A DNA stretch of 60,947 nucleotides, counting the filler, from Nemertoderma westbladi (Eukaryota; Animalia; Xenacoelomorpha), in the NCBI GenBank assembly GCA_032718475.1. It is 3 parts of 3 records of this genome, joined end to end, with 100 filler letters (N's around TTAATTAATTAA, not from the genome) between each part and the next. Parts side by side here need not be neighbours in the genome. Positions count along the whole stretch, not along the records: positions 1 to 27,076 come from JAUCBJ010001729.1; 2 more parts are not named here. The stretch is one strand, 5' to 3'. The position numbers and the translations under genes are program-made. The notes beneath the pieces were generated by a model. The model made no database searches and was not told the DNA's origin. It saw only the letters and a program-made list of their open reading frames with translations. Below are positions 1-13,206 of this stretch, piece after piece. Each line of letters starts with the position of its first letter. Position 1 is the first letter of the stretch.

Positions 1-225
1 AAATCCCTTTGCGATGCCATAAGCAAACTCCTCCAGCTCCACGAGTACGAGTTGAATTCTTCATCTGTTCACTGATTAAATAATTGCATTCAAAATCATT
101 GTTTAGGTCCGGTAATAGTCAATTCGCTTCAGTTTCATCCAACCAGTGCTCTTGCACTGCTAGAACATCCAAATTATTTAACAAATCTACAATATAATCT
201 GAGTTTGAGTTATAACCATGACAGG
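1..225 (-). mobile_element. Non-LTR retrotransposon (CR1/L2-like) apurinic endonuclease N-terminal fragment, degenerate
   Basis: Manual minus-strand translation gives CHGYNSNSDYIVDLLNNLDVLAVQEHWL...*...RGAGGVCLWHRK, matching APE motifs (D.L..QEHW, GGV). One internal stop. Confidence 0.7.
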
Positions 226-304
226 CGCACTGCATTTAAATTAGTGCATAAATGTGCATTAACAGCATGTACAGTAACACATAAAGATGAAAGTTCACTT
301 ACTC

Positions 305-690
305 AAAAATGGTACGCTATGGTGATGGAAGCGTTGCTGGGCGACCTAAATAGTTAAGAGATTATTGGGAGGTGGTGAACTCAATAGGGCCAGGATATGG
401 GTATTTCCCATATCATATGAAATCTACTTTATCGTAAAGGAAGAGCACAGAGCTCAGGCAGAGGCGATTATAGCAGGAACCGGCATCCAACTTCCCTATG
501 GACACCGGGTACTTGGATCTGTAATAGGATCTCAGCCAGCCTGTCAGACATTCATATCACAGCGAGTCGGCCAACTACAAAAGGAGTTACCTTGATTAAA
601 TGATTTCGCAGGTTCAGCCCCACACCCCGTTTACAGCTGCCTAATGTATGCAGCCAAAGTTTACTTATCTCTCTCGTACAACCCCAGATT
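305..690 (+). mobile_element. CRE-clade non-LTR retrotransposon reverse transcriptase fragment, frameshifted
   Basis: Joined across frameshifts it reads QKWYA.DGS...IGPGYGYFP...IVKEEH.AQAE.I.AGTGIQ...GHRVLGSVIGS...YLSRTTP, typical of metazoan CRE-like RT. Confidence 0.65.
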
Positions 691-1136
691 TCGTGGAAAA
701 CTTGTTCCATTTGTGCGTTTGCTTTTGATTTATTATAGCATTGTTATTATTATTTGAAATAATATTATTTATTTTGTTCATATATTATATTAAACATTTA
801 CAATCTCTTTAGTATAAATTCCTTTCAATAATTATGAAACACTTATTGATTCTTACATCACTTGTGGCAGTTGGCTACGGTTTGAGTTGCCACAGTGCCG
901 GGCCAGATGGAAAAATGAGTAGAGATGGTTGCGTACGATGTGTTGTAAGTCTTCAGCAATAAATATTAGACTATCTGTACAAGTGTAATAGTTTGGAAGG
1001 GGACAGACATGATGGATTAGGTTTAATGGGTCGAACCACTAACTACAACTACTATAGTCGGCCTACAGCATTGAAACTGCACATTGAGATGCTATGCCGG
1101 TTTGACAAAAACATTTTGTCACATTTTGTAGAAGTA

Positions 1137-1330
1137 GGGGTCCATGGTTCCAATGTTGGAGACTTTCAGACAAGTTGGTCCATGGTCCTCGGGTCCATGT
1201 TCTGCGGATGGAGGCTGTCAGACTGGGCGGGGTCCATGGTTCCGGGGATGGAGGCTGTCAGACAAGGTGGGGTCCATGGTTCTGGGATGGCGGCATTCAG
1301 AGAAGTTAGGGTCCATGGTTCCGTTCATGG
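1137..1330. repeat. Degenerate short tandem repeat with a GGGTCCATGGTTC core
   Basis: The core recurs about 6 times at roughly 40-bp spacing. Confidence 0.6.
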
Positions 1331-1475
1331 AGGTTTCCATACAAATTTCGCCCCTGGCACGCCCTGATGACCCCCCCCCCCCCCCCCCCCATTGAATTAA
1401 TAAATTAAATTATAATTTCTTGTATTCGAATGTATTGCTCTGTTGTGTTATTGTACGACAATGTTATTATTTCAG

Positions 1476-1670
1476 ACTATGACCATAGTCCACCATGGCG
1501 GAATCCCTCCAACCACAATGCCAATGTGTTTACCTAAAGACGCCCCTCTATCTGACACCGAATGCAACACAATAGAGACCTACATTTGTGCTGCAGAAAG
1601 AGGCGACCCTAGTGCACCTCCAGACACTTCTTGTAGTGCCACTTGCTGTGATGAAGACCTTTGCAACTAA
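1476..1670 (+). CDS. Terminal exon of a Ly6/uPAR three-finger-fold protein, probably secreted
   Basis: Acceptor ttattatttcag at 1464-1475. The exon ends ...CSATCCDEDLCN-stop, the CCxxDxCN LU-domain signature. AATAAA at 1741. Upstream exons were not identified. Confidence 0.75.
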   Translation, partial: TMTIVHHGGIPPTTMPMCLPKDAPLSDTECNTIETYICAAERGDPSAPPDTSCSATCCDEDLCN

Positions 1671-2153
1671 AAATTAATTCTTCAAATAGAATAGGACAAT
1701 CTACTTTCTTTTTGAATGTTAGGTGATGGAATTTAAAAATAATAAAAAGGTCTAAAAAACAACCAACTGTATTGGGTTAGCCTGTCTAAAGTATATACAA
1801 CTATATATCTTCTTAACAAACAATAAAAATTCATTTTATTATTTAAAATTCAAAAAATCATTTTCACTTAAATCTGTTCTTTTATTTGACAATAATATAA
1901 AATATGCGCTTACCGGTATCTGTCGCTCGTTCCAAAATCAATTTATTTAATGGGTGAACGCTACGATAAACTATACCTAGAGATGGGAAGGCGGATAATA
2001 AAGTATATAATTAAATCTACATTAATTAAGAAATTTTAGTAATTTAAATTAAATTGATTTTGCCCCAAGCTGGGCAATAGGTCTGGGAAATAGTTGGACC
2101 TTTTTTGCAGTTCATGGTATCTAGTTATCGATATTTCATTGCAATATTTACAA

Positions 2154-2277
2154 CAGTCAGAGCATAATCTTGTACTTTGGCAGCCTCATGGAGTGAATAA
2201 GCATGGTGGACAGCCCATGACTTTCTTGAGACACATCTTAAAGGACACTGGCCTTGAAGATCCGGATGATCTAGCAA
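2154..2277 (+). mobile_element. RTE-clade LINE 3' fragment
   Basis: Near-identical to 32163-32287. Encodes [31 protein letters not shown] (RTE C-terminus). Confidence 0.75.
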
Positions 2278-3033
2278 GTAAGCTACTACTATTTATTGAA
2301 TGGATAGCCCAAACTGCACAGAAGTATATTACTTGCCAAATTTATTACTATATCACTCTAACCCAGACAGTAATCAAACATCAACTGTAAGTTTGTATAA
2401 TGTATTACCCCACCAGATGAATAGCTCTTCCCAGTGAATCGTATGACAATAATCTATAAGGTTACTCACTGCTATGTTAGGTGGGAGGGAGTTGATGATA
2501 ATGAATGAGGATGGACCCAACTAACACTACGTTTGTCTATGGAGGGTCTCCTTACAGCCAGCTGGCTGGCTTTCTAGTTGAATCATATTATTCCGCAACT
2601 AAATAATTTAGTCATTTTAGACGAATTTCTGCGTTTTTTTGCCGGACTAACAAATTTTGGCGACGTTCTGTGCGAGATTGGCGATATTTGAAAAGATTCT
2701 GAGGCGCAAATATGTTGCTCAGATAACTGAATATCTCAAATAAAAAAGTTGGTGCATACCCGACGAGTTGAAATCGGTGAAATTCGACTTTAAATTTTCA
2801 AAACCACTATTTTTCAGTGACCTCGTGATCGAAACGCCACAAAAAATATACAGTCTTGTGCGCAACCAAAATTTATGTAGAGTTTGTTATTAAAATTTTT
2901 GCGTACCTGCTTGAGTTTTTGAGATATTGGATGGTTATACACATACACACACACACTCACACACACATAACCACCCCGTGTTTTTGAACGGCTCAACTCA
3001 TGACAAGAACTACCCTGGCCTATTAATAGCCAG

Positions 3034-3290
3034 GTTCGTTATAATCTTGAACATTTTTCGACCAGGTCAATGAGGATCCTGCGATATTCCAGAGGCTTCG
3101 CATCAAACTTATCTAATCTATTTTTACAGCTGAGACCAAACATACTGGGAAGATAACGGCTAAAGGAGTGCTGGGTACGTTCAAATATGCTTATATCTTG
3201 TCAAGATAGGGACACCATATCGAACTGTTATGTTCAATTGTAGGCCTGGCGTAGGTACAATACAACCCCCATCGGAAGGCTGCATTACGA
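3034..3290 (-). mobile_element. CR1-like LINE ORF2 C-terminal fragment
   Basis: Minus-strand translation: LYCTYARPTIEHNSSIWCPYL...ERTQ...GLS.KNRL...LEYRR..IDL..FKII. Confidence 0.7.
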
Positions 3291-3291
3291 T

Positions 3292-3742
3292 GCATTGGAC
3301 AAAATAGACCAAATCTCTAACCGCATCATCCGTTGCCACTTCTCATGTTCTGGAAGACTGGCTAAGAAGTTTCCTAAGGTGGTTCTGATTGTGTGCTACT
3401 CTCCAACTAGTGTTGCACCTGTAGAGGAGGTGGAAAATTTCTACCACAATCTATAAGCAGCTACTGATGGAGTGGATCAGCATGCATTCTTAACATTCCT
3501 GGGAGACTTTAATGCAAGTCTGCATCAATCACCTACATCGCCCTGGGTCTATAGCAATAGTGTCAACCGAAATTCCGTCCATTTTCAGGATTTTATCTCT
3601 GGAAATGGATTGTTTTCGGCTGGAACCCAGTTCAAGAAGCGAACTGGAAAGCTATGGACTCATAGTGGAACCAGTGGTCACAAGTCCCAGATAGACCATA
3701 TTCTGTTTCGTAGGAAGTACAGGAGCTCTATACAAGATTGTA
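3292..3742 (+). mobile_element. RTE-clade LINE endonuclease fragment
   Basis: Motifs CYSPT, LGDFNA, WTH.G.SGHKSQIDHIL. Near-identical to 17970-18420. Confidence 0.85.
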
Positions 3743-3756
3743 AGAGATTGTAAGAG

Positions 3757-3820
3757 AATACTCCTATGTCATCAGCAAAGTCTAGATAGGTTAGGCACTT
3801 ACCATGATTTCCTATTTTAC
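3757..3820 (-). mobile_element. Tiny RTE-like RT fragment
   Basis: Minus strand reads KCLTYLDFADDIGVF (RT catalytic motif). Confidence 0.5.
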
Positions 3821-4033
3821 CATCACCCCATCATCATTATGATGATCTAAGGACATGCGTAGAACATTGAACCTAAATTATTAACCAATATGCCAAACAA
3901 TATACAACCAATATACAATACACAATTAACCAAAATTATCAACGACTTGACCTCAATAATCACATTTCCAATATCATTACTACCGATGTGTCTGAATTAC
4001 GATCACATGTGACGCACATATCTATTTATGCAC

Positions 4034-4872
4034 TGGGCTGTTGGTGTTCCGACTCTATGGATCGTGGGCTGTGGGTGTTTCGACTCTATGGATCGTGGAC
4101 TGTGGGTGTTCCGGCTCTATGTATCGTGGACTGTGGGTGTTCCGACTCTATTTAATCGTGGACTGTGGGTGTTCTGACTCTATGGATCGTGGACTGTGGG
4201 TGTTCCAACTCTATGGATCGTGGGCTGTGGGTGTTCCGACTCTATGTATTGTGGACTGTGGGTGTTCCAACTCTATGGATCGTGGGCTGTTGGTGTTCCG
4301 ACTTTATGGATCGTGGACTGTGGGTGTTCCGACTTTATGGATCGTGGACTGTGGGTGTTCCGACTCTATGTATCGTGGACTGTGGGTGTTCCGACTCTAT
4401 GGATCGTGGGCTGTGGGTGTTCCGACTCTATGGATCGTGGACTGTGGGTGTTCCGACTCTATTTTATCGTGGACTGTGGTTGTTCTGACTCTATGTATCG
4501 TGGACTGTGGGTGTTCCGACTCTATGGATCGTGGGTTGTGGGTGTTCCGACTCTATTTTATCTTGGACTGTGGGTGTTCTGACTCTATGTATCGTGGACT
4601 GTGGGTGTTCCGACTCTATGGATCGTGGGCTGTGGGTGTTCCGACTCTATTTTATCGTGGACTGTGTGTGTTCTGACTCTATGTATCGTGGATTGTGGGT
4701 GTTCCGACTCTATGGATCGTGGGCTGTGGGTGTTCCAACTCTATTTAATCGTGGACTGTGGGTGTTCCGACTCTATGCATCGTGGACTTTGGGTGTTCCG
4801 ACTCTATGGATCGTGGGCTGTGGGTGTTCCGACTCTATTTTATCGTGGACTGTGGGTGTTCCGACTCTATGG
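4034..4872. repeat. 31-bp minisatellite (CTGTGGGTGTTCCGACTCTATGGATCGTGGA)n, array 1, about 27 units
   Basis: Contiguous tandem units seen directly. Confidence 0.97.
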
Positions 4873-4971
4873 TGTTAGGACCTAAGAGACTCAACAATTT
4901 TCCTTACCGGTACCAGAACTAAAAAGTCTGAAACCTAGATTATTATTATTATTAAGCACTGTCTGACTGTG
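4873..4971 (+). repeat. 5' LTR of Gypsy A (part shared with the 3' LTR; true end may lie at about 4983-5020)
   Basis: About 99 bp near-identical to 16187-16285. Confidence 0.85.
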
Positions 4972-5007
4972 TACTGTCTAATATAAAAAGTGAAGAATTT
5001 ATATTTT

Positions 5008-6408
5008 ATGCCGGACAATACTGGTACTTCATCGGGATCTCCAACGCCAACTCTGACACTAAATGTTAAGTTACCACAATTTTACGAAAAGAATACTAGG
5101 GTTTGGTTCGACCGGATCGAGGAGATGCTGGCGAATTTATCTGAGACTGTAAAGAAAAATAGCTTAATTCGAGCATTACCAACTCACGTTATATTCGACA
5201 GTGGTGTGCGAGTTTCTGATTCTTTTGAAACAATAAAGGAATGCTTAATAAAGTATTTCGATGATAGTGAAGATCGTCGCCTAAAGAAACTTCTCAAAGA
5301 TCAAGTATTGGGTGACCGAAAGCCGAGTGTGATTTTGAGACACTTACAGAGGTTAGCTCCGAATAATCCTAATATTGTTAAAATGAGATTTTTGGATATT
5401 ATTCCAGAACCAGTCCGACTAGTATTAATTGCTGTAGAAGGAGTGCCTGTAGAAAAACTCGCAGAAATCGCAGATCAAATGGTTGAACGAATGCCAAATT
5501 ATAACTTAGTGAATAATATTAATGAAAGGGGAACAAGTTCACTCACTAGTAACCCTGAAGCTGAGGTTTATAGACAAGGACAAGCCACATCAGCTCTGAC
5601 TATGGAGACATGGTGCCAGAACATAACTCAAGAAATTAACCGATTATCAAGGGCTTGTGAGTCACTTTCTTCTGGAGATGAGAGAGGCAGACCTCGACAA
5701 TCAACCAGTAGTTTTCGCGGAAGAAGATTCGAGAGATCGTCATCTAGATACGGAGTACGTTCCAACTCCTGAACACGTCAATATAACCCAAATGGTAAGT
5801 TATGCTGGTATCACTGGCGGTTTGGGAGAAATTCTACAAAGTGTAGCGGACACTGTGAATGGGTTCAAACACGACAATATAACACAAACCCAAACAATAA
5901 TCAACCTTCGGGAAACCCCAATGCTCCACCACAAGGGCGGCCTGTGATGGAGTGAACTCTATATATGTTGCCGCCAGTCCAGTGGGAGAATTCTTAGCCG
6001 ACAGTGGTAGCGAGTGTAGCGCTTTACCTCTGAGTTATACCACATCGGAAATGATAGATTCACCAAAAATTATTTTGAAAGCAGCCAATGGAACACCAAT
6101 AAAAGTAAATGGACTGAGGCAACTTAAGTTTAAAATATCAGATTTGTGAGATAAACTGTTTGTTTGGAGATTTTATGTTGCAGAGGTTTCCAAACCAATA
6201 CTAGGTATTGATTTTCTTGGCCACCATAAATTACTCATTGATTGTGCTTATAATAGACTGATCCCATTAAATAGTTTACCATGGGAGATTAAGCCAATAA
6301 AAGAATCCGAAAATAAACCTGCTTTATTTAATTTCAAAACTCCAACAATCAATAGGATAATGGTGGAAGTTGAAAATCCATGCTTTAAAGAAAAAGTAGC
6401 AGAATTAG
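5008..6408 (+). pseudogene. Gypsy A gag plus protease, 5' part
   Basis: KLPQFY...WF.RIE gag motif. Premature TGA at 5770-5772 precedes the Zn knuckle. Aspartic protease DSG, with a stop at 6147. Confidence 0.85.
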
Positions 6409-6701
6409 TGTTAGATTATGTATTGTTAGGGCTCTAGTAGACCCTGGCTTGGTGGTGGTTAGATCCAACCTACTGGTCTTTTAGCTACCGGTCCTCTTCT
6501 GGTATTCCGGTATTCAGTCTTTTCTATCTTCTAGGTCTGTAGGTACAGTAACCGTTACCGGTACCTACTGTACTGATGTGCTGTAAGGTGGTGGGTGTGT
6601 TCATTGGTCTGTTGGTTCATATTATTGTTTGATATGCTGTTCTGTATGTCGACCATTAATAAACTGATGCAGCTGGTATTCATTTATTTCCGATCCCAAT
6701 A
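6409..6701 (+). repeat. 5' LTR of Gypsy B
   Basis: Differs from the 3' LTR by about 3 substitutions and one 8-bp duplication. Confidence 0.95.
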
Positions 6702-7242
6702 TGGCGCAGTGATGTACTTGATGTTCCTACAACCCTATTAAAATGGTGGACATTCCAGCGCATTCAGCAGGTTAGATAATTCAACATTATTCTACCGGTC
6801 GCCTCTACTGATTCTGATCTAGGCCTAGCTACCTACCTATACTTCTGGTGGTGTACCTACTCCAGTACTCTTCTAAACTAAGCCCTTGGGACGGACAGTG
6901 GAGTGACTCGCGCTGGTTATCGTTGTCGTTGTGTAGCTACTACGTTGGCGAAAAACACAGCGACGATGGTAGCCTACATCGTCGCTGAGGACCTTGCGCT
7001 GTCCGGGGGCCGTGAGGGGTAGGCAGCGACGCCGGCTAGCCTAATTATAACTACCGGTACCTATTCAATTCACATTCAGCAGTCAGGCAGTATTCCAGTC
7101 TGCCAGTATTCGATAACTACAGATTTTGGCTGATTTGCGTGGAAAGTTTTGCACATTTTTGCAAAATTTTTTCTTTTCGGATTTTTCAAATTTTTTCGGA
7201 TATTTAATTTCCTGAAATTTCTCTAATATTCAACAGTCAGAT

Positions 7243-10200
7243 ATGCCTACTAAAGCTGAACTCGAAACCGAACTGGAGGTTTTAAGAGAACAGTTGGCTG
7301 GTCGTGGTAATCCTGATCCCACCTCAGCTCTTCTACATGCTTTAGTTAAATCACAACGCGATTTGGCTGATTCCTTAGCACAATCCCAAGCCCAAAATGC
7401 CCATCAATTTCAACAATTACTTGGTCAACCACATCAACCTGTAGTTCATCAGGCTGACTCAACCCCTCGTAATCTTCAAATTAAAGCACCAATTGCTTTA
7501 GAACCGGATTTCAGTTTAGCAAAATTTGAAACTTGGAAGTTGGTTTGGGCGGATTATTATTCTGCATTTCAGATGGATAGAATGGCTAGGGATAGGCAAA
7601 TCTGTATTTTCAGGAGTTACCTTTCTATAGGTATGCGCTCTACACTGGAACAAGTTATTGACATTCCTCCTGACACACATGATAATCCTTTAACAGTTCA
7701 GGTGTTAATAGATTGTATTCAAAGTTATTTTCGTGGTAAACGGAATATAGCCCTTGATTGTGTTCAGTTTGATAATAGGAAACAACGTCAAAGTGAAAAT
7801 TTTGATAGCTACAGTCCCGCTCTCAAAAAGCATTCCTTTGATCAATCATTGATCAAACTTTGATCAAACATTGATCAAAGTTTGATCAAATATTGAAATG
7901 TATCAGGCTTATAAATCCTGCCATTGAGTTCTACCAAAGGCGCTGCACTTCAAAGTCTAGATTCCCACTCAGCTGTGTGTCAATCAAGCAGCCCTCTCTC
8001 TCTCTCTCTCTCTGCTCTCTGTGTGTGTAATGCTCCATATGCTCTGTAGGATGTCTGCAGAGCACACAGGACACCACTTCCATATCATACCAAAGGTTTG
8101 TAAGCTATAGCCGTTATTTAAACCAGTTAAAGCCTAGATTATAATAATTTACAGCGATTATCAGAAAATAACAGCCGCAATTGAATCTCCACTTGGCGGT
8201 GTGGTGGTAATGAAATCAAGGGCGGGTATGGACTGTATGGAGTTTAATTCTGAGTTACGCAATGTGTTGGGTGGATGGCTACAATACATCAGAATGGGGG
8301 GGGGGGGGGGGGGGGGGTCCACAACAAGAGAGGGGATGGGATCACTGGGGTTTTTGGAAGGTATTTTAAGGGGTGCGCTGGTGCTAGCGCTCGGATTTAT
8401 TTATTTCTTTATTTACATTTATTACTGTAGTATAATTAGAGACAGGGGCAGGAAGGAAGCTTGTCGAATTTACACAATTACTGTATAAGCAAATGCAATG
8501 CAACGGCAGCCATCGCGCTGCTACGTCAATGGAGGTCTTTGGCCTTGATTCTGATTTAAGGACCATTGAAACTAATTTCTAATATAACAATAATTTAAAA
8601 ATATTCCAAAGGATGTTTTTCTGAACTAGTTGTTAGTGTAATAATAGGCCCTGCCCTACAAGAACAAGACTCAGTCTGGGACACTACCACAACACTGCCA
8701 TGTAAATCCAATCGCGGTCCATCCACAAAGTCAAGCAAGCTCCATCCACTGCCCTGTCAATCACATTGCGACTTGGCCATTAACACAAGCCAGTTCTCGG
8801 CGGGAATCTGAGTTCAAAGGCTTGCCGCAGTTGAGAGATGTAAACTGTTACCTTGAAATCATTTCAATGTCATTTCAATATGAGACAGAAAGTCGGGAAT
8901 TTCGGTGCGTCGATTTCAAGGTCATTTCAATATGCCATCAATGTCATTTCAATGTCAATGCTACTTTCAATGATATTCTATGGTCACATTTTGATCAAAC
9001 TTTGATCAATGTTTGATCAAAGTTTGATCAATGTTTGATCAAAGGAATGGTTTTTGAGAGCGGGACTGTACCTGGTTGCTATTAAAGATCTTGCTCGAGA
9101 TGCTGATCTATGTCGTCATTGTTTCGATCGGCAGTTGACTACTCTAATTATGTCTGGTATTTCTTGCGAGGACACCAGATCTAAACTTCTTGCCTTGACT
9201 CCATTTCCATTGCTTGAAGATGCTGTAAATCTTTGTAGGTCTGAGGAATCAGCCCAAGCTGGAGTTCAGGATTTAAAAAACCCTTCAATCAACCAAGCTT
9301 CTCGACAATCTCGTTTTCACAACAAAAAGCCTTATAATTCCAGGCGCAACAATTCTTCTAAATCCAATTCCAGAAACAATTCTTCAACTACTGGCCCTAT
9401 AGTTTGTTATCGTTGTGGTAAAACAGACCATAAACGCGCTGACTGTCCAGCAAGGAACAAAGATTGTTCTTATTGTGGCAAGGAAGGCCACTTTGCCAAT
9501 GTTTGTCGGTCTAAACAAAATAATTCGAATTTATCTTCAAAACCTAAGACAAAACCCATTAGCCGCATCACCCTTAATTTGGTTGGAAGCCATAATCGAC
9601 AAGCTCCGAAAGTATTTCTGAACTTCTGTCATATCGCAACAGGACATTTATTCGGTTCTCTCAAAGCAACTCCAGATACTGGTGCTGAGGCCACTGTTGC
9701 CGGCTTACATTTTCTTCAGGCCCTTTCTATTGACAAAGAAAATTTACTTCCACCAGACCATGATGATCTTTCTGCTGCTAATGGTAGTCTTCTTTCATGC
9801 ATTGGTCTCCTCCACACCACAATTTCCTATGGCGAATATTCAACTGATGAGCTCATCTGCATTTGTGAAGAAGTCGATGGAATTCTTTTGGCATGGTATA
9901 CTTGTCAAAACCTAGGAATTATTTCAAGTTCATATCCAGAACCAGTGGCAGAAATTCAGTCTGTTGCTTCTTCTAATTCTTCTAATATGTCACCTATTGG
10001 TATTAAAAACTCAATTCCAACAACATCATTCAAGGTTGACTTCGATCTTTCTGATGAACCTTCGCCTTCAGAATGGGATACTGTTAAGCAGAAACTCATA
10101 AAGGCTTATTGTGATGTTTTTGACCAAGATGACAAACTTCGTCCAATGAATGGCCCACCCATGACCATTTCATTAAAAGATGATGCCCAACCATATGCTA

Positions 10201-12830
10201 TTCATACAGCCAGGCAACTTCCTTTAGCCATTAGAGACTGGGCTAAAGCTCGCTTAGAGAAAATGGTTGAACAAGGTATTATTTGTCCAGTTCTGGATAA
10301 CGAACCAACTGATTGGGTCCATCCTCTTGTTGTAGTTCCTAAACCAACAGGCAGTTGGCGCCTTTGTGTTGATTTGACTAAACTAAACAAACATGTTAAA
10401 CGTCCATATCATCCATCGGTTACTCCTCGTGAGGCTGTCAATTCGATTTCTCCATCAGATTGCTTCTTTTCTTCATTAGATGCCAAGGATGGATATTGAC
10501 AGATACCTCTTGATGAATCCAGTCAGAATTTAACAACATTCATTTCCCCTTGGGGTCGATTCAAGTTTCTTAGGAATCCCATGGGATTAACTTCAGCACA
10601 AGATGTGTTTTGTCTTCGTGGTGATATAGCTTTACAGGGATTGGATGGCATTGCTAAAGTAGTTGATGACATTCTAATTCATTCTTCCGATAGTCACAGT
10701 CATCTCGCACATATTATTGCCGTACTGGATCGGTGTCGTGAACACCAGATCAGTCTCAAAGCTGCGAAATTCAAATTAGCTACCCCTGAGGTGTGCTTCG
10801 CAGGATATATAATTAGTAGTAATGGTATTCAAGCGAATCCTTCCAAACTTAATGCTATTGCTGACTTTCCTGTTCCGACCAACATTTCTGAACTTAGAAC
10901 TTTCTTGGGTCTTGTGAACCAACTAGGTGAGTTCACTTCCTCTATTAGCGAAAAGGCAGGCCCTCTTCGGGACCTTCTTAAAGTTAAAAATGTATTCTGT
11001 TGGTCAGAACCCCAAGAAACTGCATTTCAAGCAGTTAAGAAAGCTCTTGTAAGTCCTCCAATTCTAGCTCCATATGATCTATTGCTGCCTACAATGTTGC
11101 AGACAGATGCTTCACGTTTGAAGGGTCTTGGTTTCTCACTTCTTCAGAAACACGACAGCTTTTGGAAACTCATTCAGTGCGGTTCAAGATTCATCACTGA
11201 CACTGAATCACGTTATGCAATGATAGAGCTTGAACTGTTAGCCGTTGTATGGGCTACTAGGAAGTGTAAGGTATATCTTATGGGTCTCCCATCATTCGAG
11301 TTGGTAATTGACCATAAACCTCTTCTTCCTATCCTAAACAATTATACTTTGGATATGATAGACAATCCCCGAATCCAACGTCTTAAAGAGAAACTCACCC
11401 TTTATTTTTTCAATACAACATGGAGAAAGGGAAGTGAACATTCCATTCCAGACGCACTTTCCCGTGCCCCTGTTTCAGATCCTACTCCAGAGGATATTCT
11501 TTGTGATACAGATGTCAATGACCATGTTTCTGCAGTCATTCGTCACGTGTCTACCTCAATTGTTGTCTCTGATGCTCCAAGTCATCTCAAGGATTCATAT
11601 ATTGAGTCTATCTGATCATCTGCAAAGGATGATATTTCTTACATGGCTTTGGTGGATGCTGTTATTTCTGGATTTCCCTCAACATCCACACAATGTTCTG
11701 TGCACATACGCCCATTCTGGAATGTGCGACATCAGTTATCTTGTGAAGATAATCTTCTTTTATTAGGTTCCCGGATTGTAATTCCATTTTCCCTCCGCAA
11801 GGATGTCCTGAAGCACCTTCATGATGCTCATCAGGGCATTGGACGTTCTAAGAGGAGAGCTAGGCAAACTGTATTCTGGCCTGGTATCAATAGCGATATT
11901 ACAAACATAGTCAATTCTTGTCCCCAGTGTCAACTTTATCAACCAAGTTTACCTAAAGAGTCTCTCCACAGCGACCCTCATCCATGTCTTCCAATGGAAG
12001 ATTGCTCTGCTGATCTTTTCTACTTCAGCACCTGGTCATACCTGGTTTATGTCGATAGATATTCTGGGTGGCCATGCGTTCATTCTTGGCATGCCGATCC
12101 TTCCAGCTCTCAAGTTATTTCAGCTCTTCGAGGATGGTTCAAAGATTTCGGTATTCCAAAACGCCTTCGTTCTGATGGTGGTACACAATTCAATTCAGCA
12201 CGTTATCATGATTTCTTATCCGAATGGAATATCATCCCTGAGTATTCTACTCCTGAGTATCCTCAGTCTAATGGCCATGCAGAGGGGGCTGTAAAGGCCA
12301 TGAAATCATTGATAAAAAAGTTAGATATCAAAGGAGATCTAAACTCTACTTGCTTTGTTCGTGGTTTGCTGGAATGGAGAAATACTCCTAAAGAACATGG
12401 TATGTCTCCAGCTCAACTGTTGTTCGGTAGATCCCTCCGTTCCACTATACCAGCTCATTCGTCCACACTGGCAGGTGATTCATTCCCTATCCCTGGTCCT
12501 TCAACGTCTTCAGCAACTGAATCATATTATAATGATCATGCTCACGACTTAACCCCGATTCCTATTGGTTCCCGAGTTTGCATCCAGAGTGCACATTCCA
12601 AACTATGGAACAAATCTGGTATCGTCCTTTCCCGTGGTACTAGGCGAGATTACAGGATTGAACTAGACAATGGTCGGGTGTATTGGAGAAATCGTCGTTT
12701 TCTGCGTTCCATCCCAGATGACTCTTCTCTTCGTGACATAATGCCTCAAAAACAGGTACAGTTCGCTGATGATCTTCCCAGGCGCAGTTCGAGAACTCAC
12801 AAGCAACCAGCAAGATTCGGAGTTCAATGA
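7243..12830 (+). pseudogene. Gypsy B gag-pol (single frame) broken by a MITE and two premature stops
   Basis: Two CCHC knuckles, protease DTGA, RT VVDD, RNase H QTDAS, integrase HHCC and D,D35E. Stops at 10497-10499 (GYW to GY*) and 11613-11615. Confidence 0.93.
7812..9068. mobile_element. Non-autonomous DNA transposon (MITE; Tc1/mariner-like TA target)
   Basis: About 79-bp TIRs starting CAGTCCCGCTCTCAAAAA, containing repeated TTGATCAA palindromes. TA TSD. Excision restores gag DSY|LVAIKD. Confidence 0.95.
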
Positions 12831-12900
12831 ACTGACCTATTGGTGGTGGTTGGATTTTTTTTTTCAGTACAAATGTCTCCTACATTGTTCTTGGGGGAGA

Positions 12901-13201
12901 TGTTAGATTATGTATTGTTAGGGCTCTAGTAGACCCTGGCTTGGTGGTGGTTAGATCCAACCTACTGGTCTTTTCTCTACCGGTCCTCTTCTGGTATTCC
13001 GGTATTCAGTCTTTTCTATCTTCTAGGTCTGTAGGTACAGTAACCGTTACCGGTACCTACTGTACTGCTGTACTGATGTGCTGTAAGGTGGTGGGTGTGT
13101 TCGTTGGTCTGTTGGTTCATATTATTGTTTGATATGCTGTTCTGTATGTCGACCATTAATAAACTGATGCAGCTGGTATTCATTTATTTCCGATCCCAAT
13201 A
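12901..13201 (+). repeat. 3' LTR of Gypsy B
   Basis: Matches 6409-6701. Confidence 0.95.
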
Positions 13202-13206
13202 ATTAG

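Larger units (their letters stand above)
6409..13201 (+). mobile_element. Ty3/Gypsy (Mag-like) LTR retrotransposon B, full length, nested in the pol of Gypsy A
   Basis: LTRs 6409-6701 and 12901-13201. 5-bp TSD ATTAG at 6404-6408 and 13202-13206. PBS TGGCGCAGT (tRNA-Ser-like) at 6702, PPT GGGGGAGA before 12901. Removing it restores the frame of A (ELVNEYSELF). Confidence 0.97.
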
